A stretch of 64,000 bases of DNA from Eledone cirrhosa (lineage: Eukaryota), in assembly GCA_964016885.1 (NCBI GenBank), contig OZ024749.1:17050001-17114000 (forward strand), read 5' to 3'. Under the pieces are notes generated by a model. The model was not told the origin of the DNA and did no database searches. It saw nothing but the letters and a program-made list of their open reading frames with translations. The stretch's first letter is position 1, and every line of letters begins with the position of its first letter. Below are positions 1 to 14,500 of the stretch, piece after piece. Position numbers and translations under genes: made by a program.

Positions 1-3000
1 GGCTTGGTGCTTTTTGCGGTGTCTTTCACATGTCCACTCTATAGCATGGGCTGGGTGCTTTTTTCTGTGTCTCTCACATGTCCCCTCTACAGCATGGGCT
101 AGGTGCTTTTTGCTGTGTCTCTCAAACATCCACTCTACAGCATGGGCTGGATACTTTTTGCTGTGTCTCTCACATGTCCACTCTACAGCAGGGGCTGGCT
201 GCTTTTTTCTGTGTCTCTCACATGCCCACTTTACAGCATGGGCTGGGTGCTTTTTGCTGTGTCTCTCACATGTCCTCTTTACAGCATGGGCTGGGTGCTT
301 TTTACTTTGTCTCTCACATGTCCACTTTACAGCATGGGCTGGGTGCTTTTTGCTGTGTCTCTCACATGTCTACTTTACAGCATGGGCTGGGTACTTTTTA
401 CTTTGTCTCTCACATGTCTACTTTATAGCATGGGCTGGGTGCTTTTTGCTGTGTCTCTCACATGTCTACTTTACAGCATGGGCTGGGTACTTTTTACTTT
501 GTCTCTCACATGTCTACTTTACAGCATGGGCTGGGTGCTTTTTGCTGTGTCTCTAACATGTCCACTTTACAGCATGGGCTGGGTGCTTTTTACTTTGTCT
601 CTCACATGTCTACTTTACAGCATGGGCTGGGTGCTTTTTACTTTGTCTCTCACATGTCTACTTTACAGCATGGGCTGGGTGCTTTTTGCTGTGTCTCTCA
701 CATGTCCACTTTACAGCATGGGCTGGGTGTTTTTGCTGTGTCTCTAACATGTCCACTCTACAGCATGGGCTGGTGCTTTTTGCTGTGTCTCTCACATGTC
801 TACTCTACGGCATGGGCTGGGTGCTTTTTGCTGTGTCTCTCACATGTCCACTTTACAGCATGGGCTGCGTGCTTTTTGCTGTGTCTCTCACATGTCCACT
901 CTACAGCATGGGCTGGGTGCTTTTTGCTGTGTCTCTCACGTGTCCACTTTACAGCATGGGCTGGGTGCTTTTTGCTATGTCTCTCACATGTCCACTTTAC
1001 AGCATGGGCTGGGTGTTTTTGCTGTGTCTCTAACATGTCCACTCTACAGCATGGGCTGGTGCTTTTTGCTGTGTCTCTCACATGTCTACTCTACGGCATG
1101 GGCTGGGTGCTTTTTGCTGTGTCTCTCACATGTCCACTTTACAGCATGGGCTGCGTGCTTTTTGCTGTGTCTCTCACATGTCCACTCTACAGCATGGGCT
1201 GGGTGCTTTTTGCTGTGTCTCTCACGTGTCCACTTTACAGCATGGGCTGGGTGCTTTTTGCTGTGTCTCTCACGTGTCCACTTTACAGCATGGGCTGGCT
1301 GCTTTTTGCTGTGTCTCTCACATGTCCAATTTACAGCATGGGCTGGGTGCTTTTTGCTGTGTCTCTCACATGTCCACTCTACAGCAGGGGCTGGCTGCTT
1401 TTTTCTGTGTCTCTCACATGTCCACTTTACAGCATGGGCTGGGTGCTTTTTGCTGTGTCTCTCACATGTCCACTTTACAGCATGGGCTGGGTGCTTTTTG
1501 CTGTGTCTTTCACATGTCCACTTTACAGCATGGGCTGGGTGCTTTTTGCTGTGTCTCTCACATGTCCACTTTACAGCATGGGCTGGGTGCTTTTTGCTGT
1601 GTCTTTCACATGTCCACTTTACAGCATGGGCTGGGTGCTTTTTGCTGTGTCTTTCACATGTCCACTCTATAGCATGGGGTGGGTGCTTTTTTCTGTGTCT
1701 CTCACATGTCCCCTCTACAGCATGGGCTAGGTGCTTTTTGCTGTGTCTCTCACACATCCACTCTACATCATGGGCTCGGTACTTTTTGCTGTGTCTCTCA
1801 CATGTCCACTTTACAGCATGGGCTGGGTGCTCTTTGATGTGTCTCTCACATGTCCACTTTACAGCATGGGCTGGGTGCTTTTTGCTGTGTCTTTCACATG
1901 TCCACTCTATAGAATGGGCTGGGTGCTTTTTGCTGTGTCTCTCACACATCCACTCAACAGCATGGGCTGGGTGCTTTTTGCTGTGTTTTTCACATGTCCA
2001 ATTTACAGCGTGGGCTGGGTGCTTTTTGCTGTGTTTTTCACATGTCCACTTTACAGCATGGGCTGGGTGCTTTTTGCTGTGTCTCTAAAATGTCCACTTT
2101 ACAGCATGGGCTGGGTGCTTTTTGTTTTGTCTCTCACATGTCCACTTTACAGCATGGGCTGGGTGCTTTTTGCTGTGTCTCTCACATGTCCACTTTACAG
2201 CATGGGCTGGGTGATTTTGCTGTGTCTCTAACATGTCCACTCTACAGCATGGGCTGGGTGCTTTTTGCTGTGTCTCTCACATGTCCACTCTACAGCAGGG
2301 GCTGGCTGCTTTTTTCTGTGTCTCTCACATGTCCACTTTACAGCATGGGCTGGGTGCTTTTTGCTGTGTCTCTCACATGTCCTCTTTACAGCATGGGCTG
2401 GGTGCTTTTTGCTGTGTCTTTCACATGTCCACTTTACAGCATGGGCTGGGTGCTTTTTGCTGTGTCTCTCACATGTCCACTTTACAGCATGGGCTGGGTG
2501 CTTTTTGCTGTGTCTTTCACATGTCCACTTTGCAGCATGGGCTGGGTGCTTTTTGCTGTGTCTCTCACATGTCCACATTACAGCATGGGCTGGGTGCTTT
2601 TTGCTGTGTCTCTCACATGTCCACTTTGCAGCATGGGCTGGGTGCTTTTTGCTGTGTCTCTCACGTGTCCACTTTACAGCATGGGCTGGGTGCTTTTTGC
2701 TGTGTCTCTCACATGTCCACTTTACAGCATGGGCTGGCTGCTTTTTGCTGTGTCTCTCACATGTACAATTTACAGCATGGGCTGGGTGCTTTTTGCTGTG
2801 TCTCTCACATGTCCACTCTACAGCATGGGCTGGCTGCTTTTTTCTGTGTCTCTCACATGTCCACTTTACAGCATGGGCTGGGTGCTTTTTGCTGTGTCTC
2901 TCACATGTCCACTTTACAGCATGGGCTGGGTGCTTTTTGCTGTGTCTTTCACATGTCCACTTTACAGCATGGGCTGGGTGCTTTTTGCTGTGTCTCTCAC

Positions 3001-6000
3001 ATGTCCACTTTACAGCATGGGCTGGGTGCTTTTTGCTGTGTCTTTCACATGTACACTTTACAGCATGGGCTGGATGCTTTTTGCTGTGTCTTTCACATGT
3101 CCACTCTATAGCATGGGGTGGGTGCTTTTTTCTGTGTCTCTCACATGTCCCCTCTACAGCATGGGCTAGGTGCTTTTTGCTGTGTCTCTCACACATCCAC
3201 TCTACAGCATGGGCTCGGTACTTTTTGCTGTGTCTCTCACATGTCCACTTTACAGCATGGGCTGGGTGCTCTTTGATGTGTCTCTCACATGTCCACTTTA
3301 CAGCATGGGCTGGGTGCTTTTTGCTGTGTCTTTCACATGTCCACTCTATAGAATGGGCTGGGTGCTTTTTGCTGTGTCTCTCACATGTCCCCTCTACAGC
3401 ATGGGCTAGGTGCTTTTTGCTGTGTCTCTCACACATCCACTCTACAGCATGGGCTGGGTGCTTTTTGCTGTGTTTTTCACATGTCCAATTTACAGCGTGG
3501 GCTGGGTGCTTTTTGCTGTGTCTTTTACATGTCCACTTTGCAGCATGGGCTGGGTGCTTTTTGCTGTGTCTCTCACATGTCCACATTACAGCATGGGCTG
3601 GGTGCTTTTTGCTGTGTCTTTCACATGTCCACTTTACAGCATGGGCTGGGTGCTTTTTGCTGTGTCTCTCACATGTCCACTTTACAGCATGGGCTTGGTG
3701 CTTTTTGCGGTGTCTTTCACATGTCCACTCTATAGCATGGGCTGGGTGCTTTTTGCTGTGTCTCTCAAACATCCACTCTACAGCATGGGCTGGATACTTT
3801 TTGCTGTGTCTCTCACATGTCCACTCTACAGCAGGGGCTGGCTGCTTTTTTCTGTGTCTCTCACATGCCCACTTTACAGCATGGGCTGGGTGCTTTTTGC
3901 TGTGTCTCTCACATGTCCTCTTTACAGCATGGGCTGGGTGCTTTTTACTTTGTCTCTCACATGTCCACTTTACAGCATGGGCTGGGTGCTTTTTGCTGTG
4001 TCTCTCACATGTCTACTTTACAGCATGGGCTGGGTACTTTTTACTTTGTCTCTCACATGTCTACTTTACAGCATGGGCTGGGTGCTTTTTGCTGTGTCTC
4101 TCACATGTCTACTTTACAGCATGGGCTGGGTGCTTTTTACTTTGTCTCTCACATGTCTACTTTACAGCATGGGCTGGGTGCTTTTTGCTGTGTCTCTCAC
4201 ATGTCCACTTTACAGCATGGGCTGGGTGTTTTTGCTGTGTCTCTAACATGTCCACTCTACAGCATGAGCTGGTGCTTTTTGCTGTGTCTCTCACATGTCT
4301 ACTCTACGGCATGGGCTGGGTGCTTTTTGCTGTGTCTCTCACATGTCCACTTTACAGCATGGGCTGCGTGCTTTTTGCTGTGTCTCTCACATGTCCACTC
4401 TACAGCATGGGCTGGGTGCTTTTTGCTGTGTCTCTCACGTGTCCACTTTACAGCATGGGCTGGGTGCTTTTTGCTGTGTCTCTCACATGTCCACTTTACA
4501 GCATGGGCTGGGTGTTTTTGCTGTGTCTCTAACATGTCCACTCTACAGCATGGGCTGGTGCTTTTTGCTGTGTCTCTCACATGTCTACTCTACGGCATGG
4601 GCTGGGTGCTTTTTGCTGTGTCTCTCACATGTCCACTTTACAGCATGGGCTGCGTGCTTTTTGCTGTGTCTCTCACATGTCCACTCTACAGCATGGGCTG
4701 GGTGCTTTTTGCTGTGTCTCTAACGTGTCCACTTTACAGCATGGGCTGGCTGCTTTTTGCTGTGTCTCTCACATGTCCAATTTACAGCATGGGCTGGGTG
4801 CTTTTTGCTGTGTCTCTCACATGTCCACTCTACAGCATGGGCTGGCTGCTTTTTTCTGTGTCTCTCACATGTCCACTTTACAGCATGGGCTGGGTGCTTT
4901 TTGCTGTGTCTCTCACATGTCCACTTTACAGCATGGGCTGGGTGCTTTTTGCTGTGTCTTTCACATGTCCACTTTACAGCATGGGCTGGGTGCTTTTTGC
5001 TGTGTCTCTCACATGTCCACTTTACAGCATGGGCTGGGTGCTTTTTGCTGTGTCTTTCACATGTCCACTTTACAGCATGGGCTGGGTGCTTTTTGCTGTG
5101 TCTTTCACATGTCCACTCTATAGCATGGGGTGGGTGCTTTTTTCTGTGTCTCTCACATGTCCCCTCTACAGCATGGGCTAGGTGCTTTTTGCTGTGTCTC
5201 TCACACATCCACTCTACATCATGGGCTCGGTACTTTTTGCTGTGTCTCTCACATGTCCACTTTACAGCATGGGCTGGGTGCTCTTTGATGTGTCTCTCAC
5301 ATGTCCACTTTACAGCATGGGCTGGGTGCTTTTTGCTGTGTCTTTCACATGTCCACTCTATAGAATGGGCTGGGTGCTTTTTGCTGTGTCTCTCACATGT
5401 CCCCTCTACAGCATGGGCTAGGTGCTTTTTGCTGTGTCTCTCACACATCCACTCTACAGCATGGGCTGGGTGCTTTTTGCTGTGTTTTTCACATGTCCAA
5501 TTTACAGCGTGGGCTGGGTGCTTTTTGCTGTGTTTTTCACATGTCCACTTTACAGCATGGGCTGGGTGCTTTTTGCTGTGTCTCTAAAATGTCCACTTTA
5601 CAGCATGGGCTGGGTGCTTTTTGTTTTGTCTCTCACATGTCCACTTTACAGCATGGGCTGGGTGCTTTTTGCTGTGTCTCTCACATGTCCACTTTACAGC
5701 ATGGGCTGGGTGATTTTGCTGTGTCTCTAACATGTCCACTCTACAGCATGGGCTGGGTGCTTTTTGCTGTGTCTCTCACATGTCCACTCTACAGCATGGG
5801 CTGGGTGCTTTTTGCTGTGTCTCTCACATGTCCACTCTACAGCAGGGGCTGGCTGCTTTTTTCTGTGTCTCTCACATGTCCACTTTACAGCATGGGCTGG
5901 GTGCTTTTTGCTGTGTCTCTCACATGTCCTCTTTACAGCATGGGCTGGGTGCTTTTTGCTGTGTCTTTCACATGTCCACTTTACAGCATGGGCTGGGTGC

Positions 6001-9000
6001 TTTTTGCTGTGTCTCTCACATGTCCACTTTACAGCATGGGCTGGGTGCTTTTTGCTGTGTCTTTCACATGTCCACTTTGCAGCATGGGCTGGGTGCTTTT
6101 TGCTGTGTCTCTCACATGTCCACATTACAGCATGGGCTGGGTGCTTTTTGCTGTGTCTTTCACATGTCCACTTTGCAGCATGGGCTGGGTGCTTTTTGCT
6201 GTGTCTCTCACATGTCCACTTTACAGCATGGGCTGGGTGCTCTTTGATGTGTCTCTCACATGTCCAATTTACAGCATGGGCTGGGTGCTTTTTGCTGTGT
6301 CTCTCACATGTCCACTCTACAGCATGGGCTGGCTGCTTTTTTCTGTGTCTGTCACATGTCCACTTTACAGCATGGGCTGGGTGCTTTTTGCTGTGTCTCT
6401 CACATGTCCACTTTACAGCATGGGCTGGGTGCTTTTTGCTGTGTCCCTCACATGTCCTCTTTACAGCATGGGCTGGGTGCTTTTTGCTGTGTCTTTCACA
6501 TGTCCACTTTACAGCATGGGCTGGGTGCTTTTTGCTGTGTCTCTCACATGTCCACTTTACAGCATGGGCTGGGTGCTTTTTGCTGTGTCTTTCACATGTC
6601 CACTCTATAGCATGGGGTGGGTGCTTTTTTCTGTGTCTCTCACATATCCAATTTACAGAGTGGGCTGGGTGCTTTTTGCTGTGTTTTTCACATGTCCACT
6701 TTACAGCATGGGCTGGGTACTTTTTGCTGTGTCTCTCACATGTCCACTTTACAGCATGGGCTGGGTGCTCTTTGATGTGTCTCTCACATGTCCACTTTAC
6801 AGCATGGGCTGGGTGCTTTTTGCTGTGTCTTTCACATGTCCACTCTATAGAATGGGCTGGGTGCTTTTTGCTGTGTCTCTCACATGTCCCCTCTACAGCA
6901 TGGGCTAGGTGCTTTTTGCTGTGTCTCTCACACATCCACTCTACAGCATGGGCTGGGTGCTTTTTGCTGTGTTTTTCACATGTCCAATTTACAGCGTGGG
7001 CTGGGTGCTTTTTGCTGTGTTTTTCACATGTCCACTTTACAGCATGGGCTGGGTGCTTTTTGCTGTGTCTCTAACATGTCCACTTTACAGCATGGGCTGG
7101 GTGCTTTTTGCTTTGTCTCTCACATGTCCACTTTACAGCATGGGCTGGGTGCTTTTTGCTGTGTCTCTCACATGTCCACTTTACAGCATGGGCTGGGTGA
7201 TTTTGCTGTGTCTCTAACATGTCCACTCTACAGCATGGGCTGGGTGCTTTTTGCTGTGTCTCTCACATGTCCACTCTACAGCATGGGCTGGGTGCTTTTT
7301 GCTGTGTCTCTCACATGTCCACTATACAGCATGGGCTGGGTGCTTTTTGCTGTGTCTCTCACATGTCCACTCTACAGCAGGGGCTGGCTGCTTTTTTCTG
7401 TGTCTCTCACATGTCCACTTTACAGCATGGGCTGGGTGCTTTTTGCTGTGTCTTTCACATGTCCACTTTACAGCATGGGCTGGGTGCTTTTTGCTGTGTC
7501 TCTCACATGTCCACTTTACAGCATGGGCTGGGTGCTTTTTGCTGTGTCTTTCACATGTCCACTTTGCAGCATGGGCTGGGTGCTTTTTGCTGTGTCTCTC
7601 ACATGTCCACTCTACAGCATGGGCTGGGTGCTTTTTGCTGTGTCTCTCACGTGTCCACTTTACAGCATGGGCTGGGTGCTTTTTGCTGTGTCTCTCACAT
7701 GTCCACTTTACAGCATGGGCTGGCTGCTTTTTGCTGTGTCTCTCACATGTCCAATTTACAGCATGGGCTGGGTGCTTTTTGCTGTGTCTCTCACATGTCC
7801 ACTCTACAACATGGGCTGGCTGCTTTTTTCTGTGTCTCTCACATGTCCACTTTACAGCATGGGCTGGGTGCTTTTTGCTGTGTCTCTCACATGTCCACTT
7901 TACAGCATGGGCTGGGTGCTTTTTGCTGTGTCTTTCACATGTCCACTTTACAGCATGGGCTGGGTGCTTTTTGCTGTGTCTCTCACATGTCCACTTTACA
8001 GCATGGGCTGGGTGCTTTTTGCTGTGTCTTTCACATGTACACTTTACAGCATGGGCTGGATGCTTTTTGCTGTGTCTTTCACATGTCCACTCTATAGCAT
8101 GGGGTGGGTGCTTTTTTCTGTGTCTCTCACATGTCCCCTCTACAGCATGGGCTAGGTGCTTTTTGCTGTGTCTCTCACACATCCACTCTACAGCATGGGC
8201 TCGGTACTTTTTGCTGTGTCTCTCACATGTCCACTTTACAGCATCGGCTGGGTGCTCTTTGATGTGTCTCTCACATGTCCACTTTACAGCATGGGCTGGG
8301 TGCTTTTTGCTGTGTCTTTCACATGTCCACTCTATAGAATGGGCTGGGTGCTTTTTACTGTGTCTCTCACATGTCCCCTCTACAGCATGGGCTAGGTGCT
8401 TTTTGCTGTGTCTCTCACACATCCACTCTACAGCATGGGCTTGGTGCTTTTTGCGGTGTCTTTCACATGTCCACTCTATAGCATGGGCTGGGTGCTTTTT
8501 TCTGTGTCTCTCACATGTCCCCTCTACAGCATGGGCTAGGTGCTTTTTGCTGTGTCTCTCACATGTCCACATTACAGCATGGGCTGGGTGCTTTTTGCTG
8601 TGTCTTTCACATGTCCACTTTACAGCATGGGCTGGGTGCTTTTTGCTGTGTCTCTCACATGTCCACTTTACAGCATGGGCTTGGTGCTTTTTGCGGTGTC
8701 TTTCACATGTCCACTCTATAGCATGGGCTGGGTGCTTTTTTCTGTGTCTCTCACATGTCCCCTCTACAGCATGGGCTAGGTGCTTTTTGCTGTGTCTCTC
8801 AAACATCCACTCTACAGCATGGGCTGGATACTTTTTGCTGTGTCTCTCACATGTCCACTCTACAGCAGGGGCTGGCTGCTTTTTTCTGTGTCTCTCACAT
8901 GCCCACTTTACAGCATGGGCTGGGTGCTTTTTGCTGTGTCTCTCACATGTCCTCTTTACAGCATGGGCTGGGTGCTTTTTGCTGTGTCTTTCACATGTTC

Positions 9001-11508
9001 AATTTACAGCTTGGGCTGGGTGCTTTTTGCTGTGTCTCTCACACGTCCACTCTACAGCATGGGCTGGGTGCTTTTTGCTGTGTCTCTCACACGTCCACTC
9101 TACAGCATGGGCTGGGTGCTTTTTGCTGTGTTTTTCACATGTTCAATTTACAGCGTGGGCTGGGTGCTTTTTGCTTTGTCTCTCACATGTCCACTTTACA
9201 GCATGGGCTGGGTGCTTTTTGCTGTGTCTCTCACATGTCCACTTTACAGCATGGGCTGGGTACTTTTTACTTTGTCTCTCACATGTCTACTTTACAGCAT
9301 GGGCTGGGTGCTTTTTACTTTGTCTCTCACATGTCCACTTTACAGCATGGGCTGGGTGCTTTTTGCTGTGTCTCTCACATGTCTACTTTACAGCATGGGC
9401 TGGGTACTTTTTACTTTGTCTCTCACATGTCTACTTTACAGCATGGGCTGGGTGCTTTTTGCTGTGTCTCTCACATGTCCACTTTACAGCATGGGCTGGG
9501 TGCTTTTTGCTGTGTCTTTCACATGTCCACTCTATAGCATGGGGTGGGTGCTTTTTTCTGTGTCTCTCACATATCCAATTTACAGCGTGGGCTGGGTGCT
9601 TTTTGCTGTGTTTTTCACATGTCCACTTTACAGCATGGGCTGGGTACTTTTTGCTGTGTCTCTCACATGTCCACTTTACAGCATGGGCTGGGTGCTCTTT
9701 GATGTGTCTCTCACATGTCCACTTTACAGCATGGGCTGGGTGCTTTTTGCTGTGTCTTTCACATGTCCACTCTATAGAATGGGCTGGGTGCTTTTTGCTG
9801 TGTCTCTCACATGTCCCCTCTACAGCATGGGCTAGGTGCTTTTTGCTGTGTCTCTCACACATCCACTCTACAGCATGGGCTGGATACTTTTTGCTGTGTT
9901 TTTGACATGTCCAATTTACAGCGTGGGCTGGGTGCTTTTTGCTGTGTTTTTCACATGTCCACTTTACAGCATGGGCTAGGTGCTTTTTGCTGTGTCTCTC
10001 ACACATCCACTCTACAGCATGGGCTGGGTGCTTTTTGCTGTGTTTTTCACATGTCCAATTTACAGCGTGGGCTGGGTGCTTTTTGCTGTGTTTTTCACAT
10101 GTCCACTTTACAGCATGGGCTGGGTGCTTTTTGCTGTGTCTCTAACATGTCCACTTTACAGCATGGGCTGGGTGCTTTTTGCTTTGTCTCTCACATGTCC
10201 ACTTTACAGCATGGGCTGGGTGCTTTTTGCTGTGTCTCTCACATGTCCACTTTACAGCATGGGCTGGGTGATTTTGCTGTGTCTCTAACATGTCCACTCT
10301 ACAGCATGGGCTGGGTGCTTTTTGCTGTGTCTCTCACATGTCCACTCTACAGCATGGGCTGGGTGCTTTTTGCTGTGTCTCTCACATGTCCACTATACAG
10401 CATGGGCTGGGTGCTTTTTGCTGTGTCTCTCACATGTCCACTCTACAGCAGGGGATGGCTGCTTTTTTCTGTGTCTCTCACATGTCCACTTTACAGCATG
10501 GGCTGGGTGCTTTTTGCTGTGTCTTTCACATGTCCACTTTACAGCATGGGCTGGGTGCTTTTTGCTGTGTCTCTCACATGTCCACTTTACAGCATGGGCT
10601 GGGTGCTTTTTGCTGTGTCTTTCACATGTCCACTTTGCAGCATGGGCTGGGTGCTTTTTGCTGTGTCTCTCACATGTCCACTCTACAGCATGGGCTGGGT
10701 GCTTTTTGCTGTGTCTCTCACGTGTCCACTTTACAGCATGGGCTGGGTGCTTTTTGCTGTGTCTCTCACATGTCCACTTTACAGCATGGGCTGGCTGCTT
10801 TTTGCTGTGTCTCTCACATGTCCAATTTACAGCATGGGCTGGGTGCTTTTTGCTGTGTCTCTCACATGTCCACTCTACAGCATGGGCTGGCTGCTTTTTT
10901 CTGTGTCTCTCACATGTCCACTTTACAGCATGGGCTGGGTGCTTTTTGCTGTGTCTCTCACATGTCCACTTTACAGCATGGGCTGGGTGCTTTTTGCTGT
11001 GTCTTTCACATGTCCACTTTACAGCATGGGCTGGGTGCTTTTTGCTGTGTCTCTCACATGTCCACTTTACAGCATGGGCTGGGTGCTTTTTGCCGTGTCT
11101 TTCACATGTACACTTTACAGCATGGGCTGGATGCTTTTTGCTGTGTCTTTCACATGTCCACTCTATAGCATGGGGTGGGTGCTTTTTTCTGTGTCTCTCA
11201 CATGTCCCCTCTACAGCATGGGCTAGGTGCTTTTTGCTGTGTCTCTCACACATCCACTCTACAGCATGGGCTGGGTGCTTTTTGCTGTGTTTTTCACATG
11301 TCCAATTTACAGCGTGGGCTGGGTGCTTTTTGCTGTGTCTTTTACATGTCCACTTTGCAGCATGGGCTGGGTGCTTTTTGCTGTGTCTCTCACATGTCCA
11401 CATTACAGCATGGGCTGGGTGCTTTTTGCTGTGTCTTTCAAATGTCCACTTTACAGCATGGGCTGGGTGCTTTTTGCTGTGTCTCTCACATGTCCACTTT
11501 ACAGCATG
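1..11508. repeat. Higher-order repeat copy 1 (11,508 bp = 240 monomers minus 12 single-base deletions)
   Basis: Variant pattern and ORF track recur at +11508 (78->11586, 800->12308, 7251->18759). I counted 12 shortened monomers, and 240x48-12=11508. The phase of the unit is arbitrary (set by the window start). Confidence 0.93.
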
Positions 11509-14500
11509 GGCTTGGTGCTTTTTGCGGTGTCTTTCACATGTCCACTCTATAGCATGGGCTGGGTGCTTTTTTCTGTGTCTCTCACATGTCCCCTCTACAG
11601 CATGGGCTAGGTGCTTTTTGCTGTGTCTCTCAAACATCCACTCTACAGCATGGGCTGGATACTTTTTGCTGTGTCTCTCACATGTCCACTCTACAGCAGG
11701 GGCTGGCTGCTTTTTTCTGTGTCTCTCACATGCCCACTTTACAGCATGGGCTGGGTGCTTTTTGCTGTGTCTCTCACATGTCCTCTTTACAGCATGGGCT
11801 GGGTGCTTTTTACTTTGTCTCTCACATGTCCACTTTACAGCATGGGCTGGGTGCTTTTTGCTGTGTCTCTCACATGTCTACTTTACAGCATGGGCTGGGT
11901 ACTTTTTACTTTGTCTCTCACATGTCTACTTTATAGCATGGGCTGGGTGCTTTTTGCTGTGTCTCTCACATGTCTACTTTACAGCATGGGCTGGGTACTT
12001 TTTACTTTGTCTCTCACATGTCTACTTTACAGCATGGGCTGGGTGCTTTTTGCTGTGTCTCTAACATGTCCACTTTACAGCATGGGCTGGGTGCTTTTTA
12101 CTTTGTCTCTCACATGTCTACTTTACAGCATGGGCTGGGTGCTTTTTACTTTGTCTCTCACATGTCTACTTTACAGCATGGGCTGGGTGCTTTTTGCTGT
12201 GTCTCTCACATGTCCACTTTACAGCATGGGCTGGGTGTTTTTGCTGTGTCTCTAACATGTCCACTCTACAGCATGGGCTGGTGCTTTTTGCTGTGTCTCT
12301 CACATGTCTACTCTACGGCATGGGCTGGGTGCTTTTTGCTGTGTCTCTCACATGTCCACTTTACAGCATGGGCTGCGTGCTTTTTGCTGTGTCTCTCACA
12401 TGTCCACTCTACAGCATGGGCTGGGTGCTTTTTGCTGTGTCTCTCACGTGTCCACTTTACAGCATGGGCTGGGTGCTTTTTGCTATGTCTCTCACATGTC
12501 CACTTTACAGCATGGGCTGGGTGTTTTTGCTGTGTCTCTAACATGTCCACTCTACAGCATGGGCTGGTGCTTTTTGCTGTGTCTCTCACATGTCTACTCT
12601 ACGGCATGGGCTGGGTGCTTTTTGCTGTGTCTCTCACATGTCCACTTTACAGCATGGGCTGCGTGCTTTTTGCTGTGTCTCTCACATGTCCACTCTACAG
12701 CATGGGCTGGGTGCTTTTTGCTGTGTCTCTCACGTGTCCACTTTACAGCATGGGCTGGGTGCTTTTTGCTGTGTCTCTCACGTGTCCACTTTACAGCATG
12801 GGCTGGCTGCTTTTTGCTGTGTCTCTCACATGTCCAATTTACAGCATGGGCTGGGTGCTTTTTGCTGTGTCTCTCACATGTCCACTCTACAGCAGGGGCT
12901 GGCTGCTTTTTTCTGTGTCTCTCACATGTCCACTTTACAGCATGGGCTGGGTGCTTTTTGCTGTGTCTCTCACATGTCCACTTTACAGCATGGGCTGGGT
13001 GCTTTTTGCTGTGTCTTTCACATGTCCACTTTACAGCATGGGCTGGGTGCTTTTTGCTGTGTCTCTCACATGTCCACTTTACAGCATGGGCTGGGTGCTT
13101 TTTGCTGTGTCTTTCACATGTCCACTTTACAGCATGGGCTGGGTGCTTTTTGCTGTGTCTTTCACATGTCCACTCTATAGCATGGGGTGGGTGCTTTTTT
13201 CTGTGTCTCTCACATGTCCCCTCTACAGCATGGGCTAGGTGCTTTTTGCTGTGTCTCTCACACATCCACTCTACATCATGGGCTCGGTACTTTTTGCTGT
13301 GTCTCTCACATGTCCACTTTACAGCATGGGCTGGGTGCTCTTTGATGTGTCTCTCACATGTCCACTTTACAGCATGGGCTGGGTGCTTTTTGCTGTGTCT
13401 TTCACATGTCCACTCTATAGAATGGGCTGGGTGCTTTTTGCTGTGTCTCTCACACATCCACTCAACAGCATGGGCTGGGTGCTTTTTGCTGTGTTTTTCA
13501 CATGTCCAATTTACAGCGTGGGCTGGGTGCTTTTTGCTGTGTTTTTCACATGTCCACTTTACAGCATGGGCTGGGTGCTTTTTGCTGTGTCTCTAAAATG
13601 TCCACTTTACAGCATGGGCTGGGTGCTTTTTGTTTTGTCTCTCACATGTCCACTTTACAGCATGGGCTGGGTGCTTTTTGCTGTGTCTCTCACATGTCCA
13701 CTTTACAGCATGGGCTGGGTGATTTTGCTGTGTCTCTAACATGTCCACTCTACAGCATGGGCTGGGTGCTTTTTGCTGTGTCTCTCACATGTCCACTCTA
13801 CAGCAGGGGCTGGCTGCTTTTTTCTGTGTCTCTCACATGTCCACTTTACAGCATGGGCTGGGTGCTTTTTGCTGTGTCTCTCACATGTCCTCTTTACAGC
13901 ATGGGCTGGGTGCTTTTTGCTGTGTCTTTCACATGTCCACTTTACAGCATGGGCTGGGTGCTTTTTGCTGTGTCTCTCACATGTCCACTTTACAGCATGG
14001 GCTGGGTGCTTTTTGCTGTGTCTTTCACATGTCCACTTTGCAGCATGGGCTGGGTGCTTTTTGCTGTGTCTCTCACATGTCCACATTACAGCATGGGCTG
14101 GGTGCTTTTTGCTGTGTCTCTCACATGTCCACTTTGCAGCATGGGCTGGGTGCTTTTTGCTGTGTCTCTCACGTGTCCACTTTACAGCATGGGCTGGGTG
14201 CTTTTTGCTGTGTCTCTCACATGTCCACTTTACAGCATGGGCTGGCTGCTTTTTGCTGTGTCTCTCACATGTACAATTTACAGCATGGGCTGGGTGCTTT
14301 TTGCTGTGTCTCTCACATGTCCACTCTACAGCATGGGCTGGCTGCTTTTTTCTGTGTCTCTCACATGTCCACTTTACAGCATGGGCTGGGTGCTTTTTGC
14401 TGTGTCTCTCACATGTCCACTTTACAGCATGGGCTGGGTGCTTTTTGCTGTGTCTTTCACATGTCCACTTTACAGCATGGGCTGGGTGCTTTTTGCTGTG

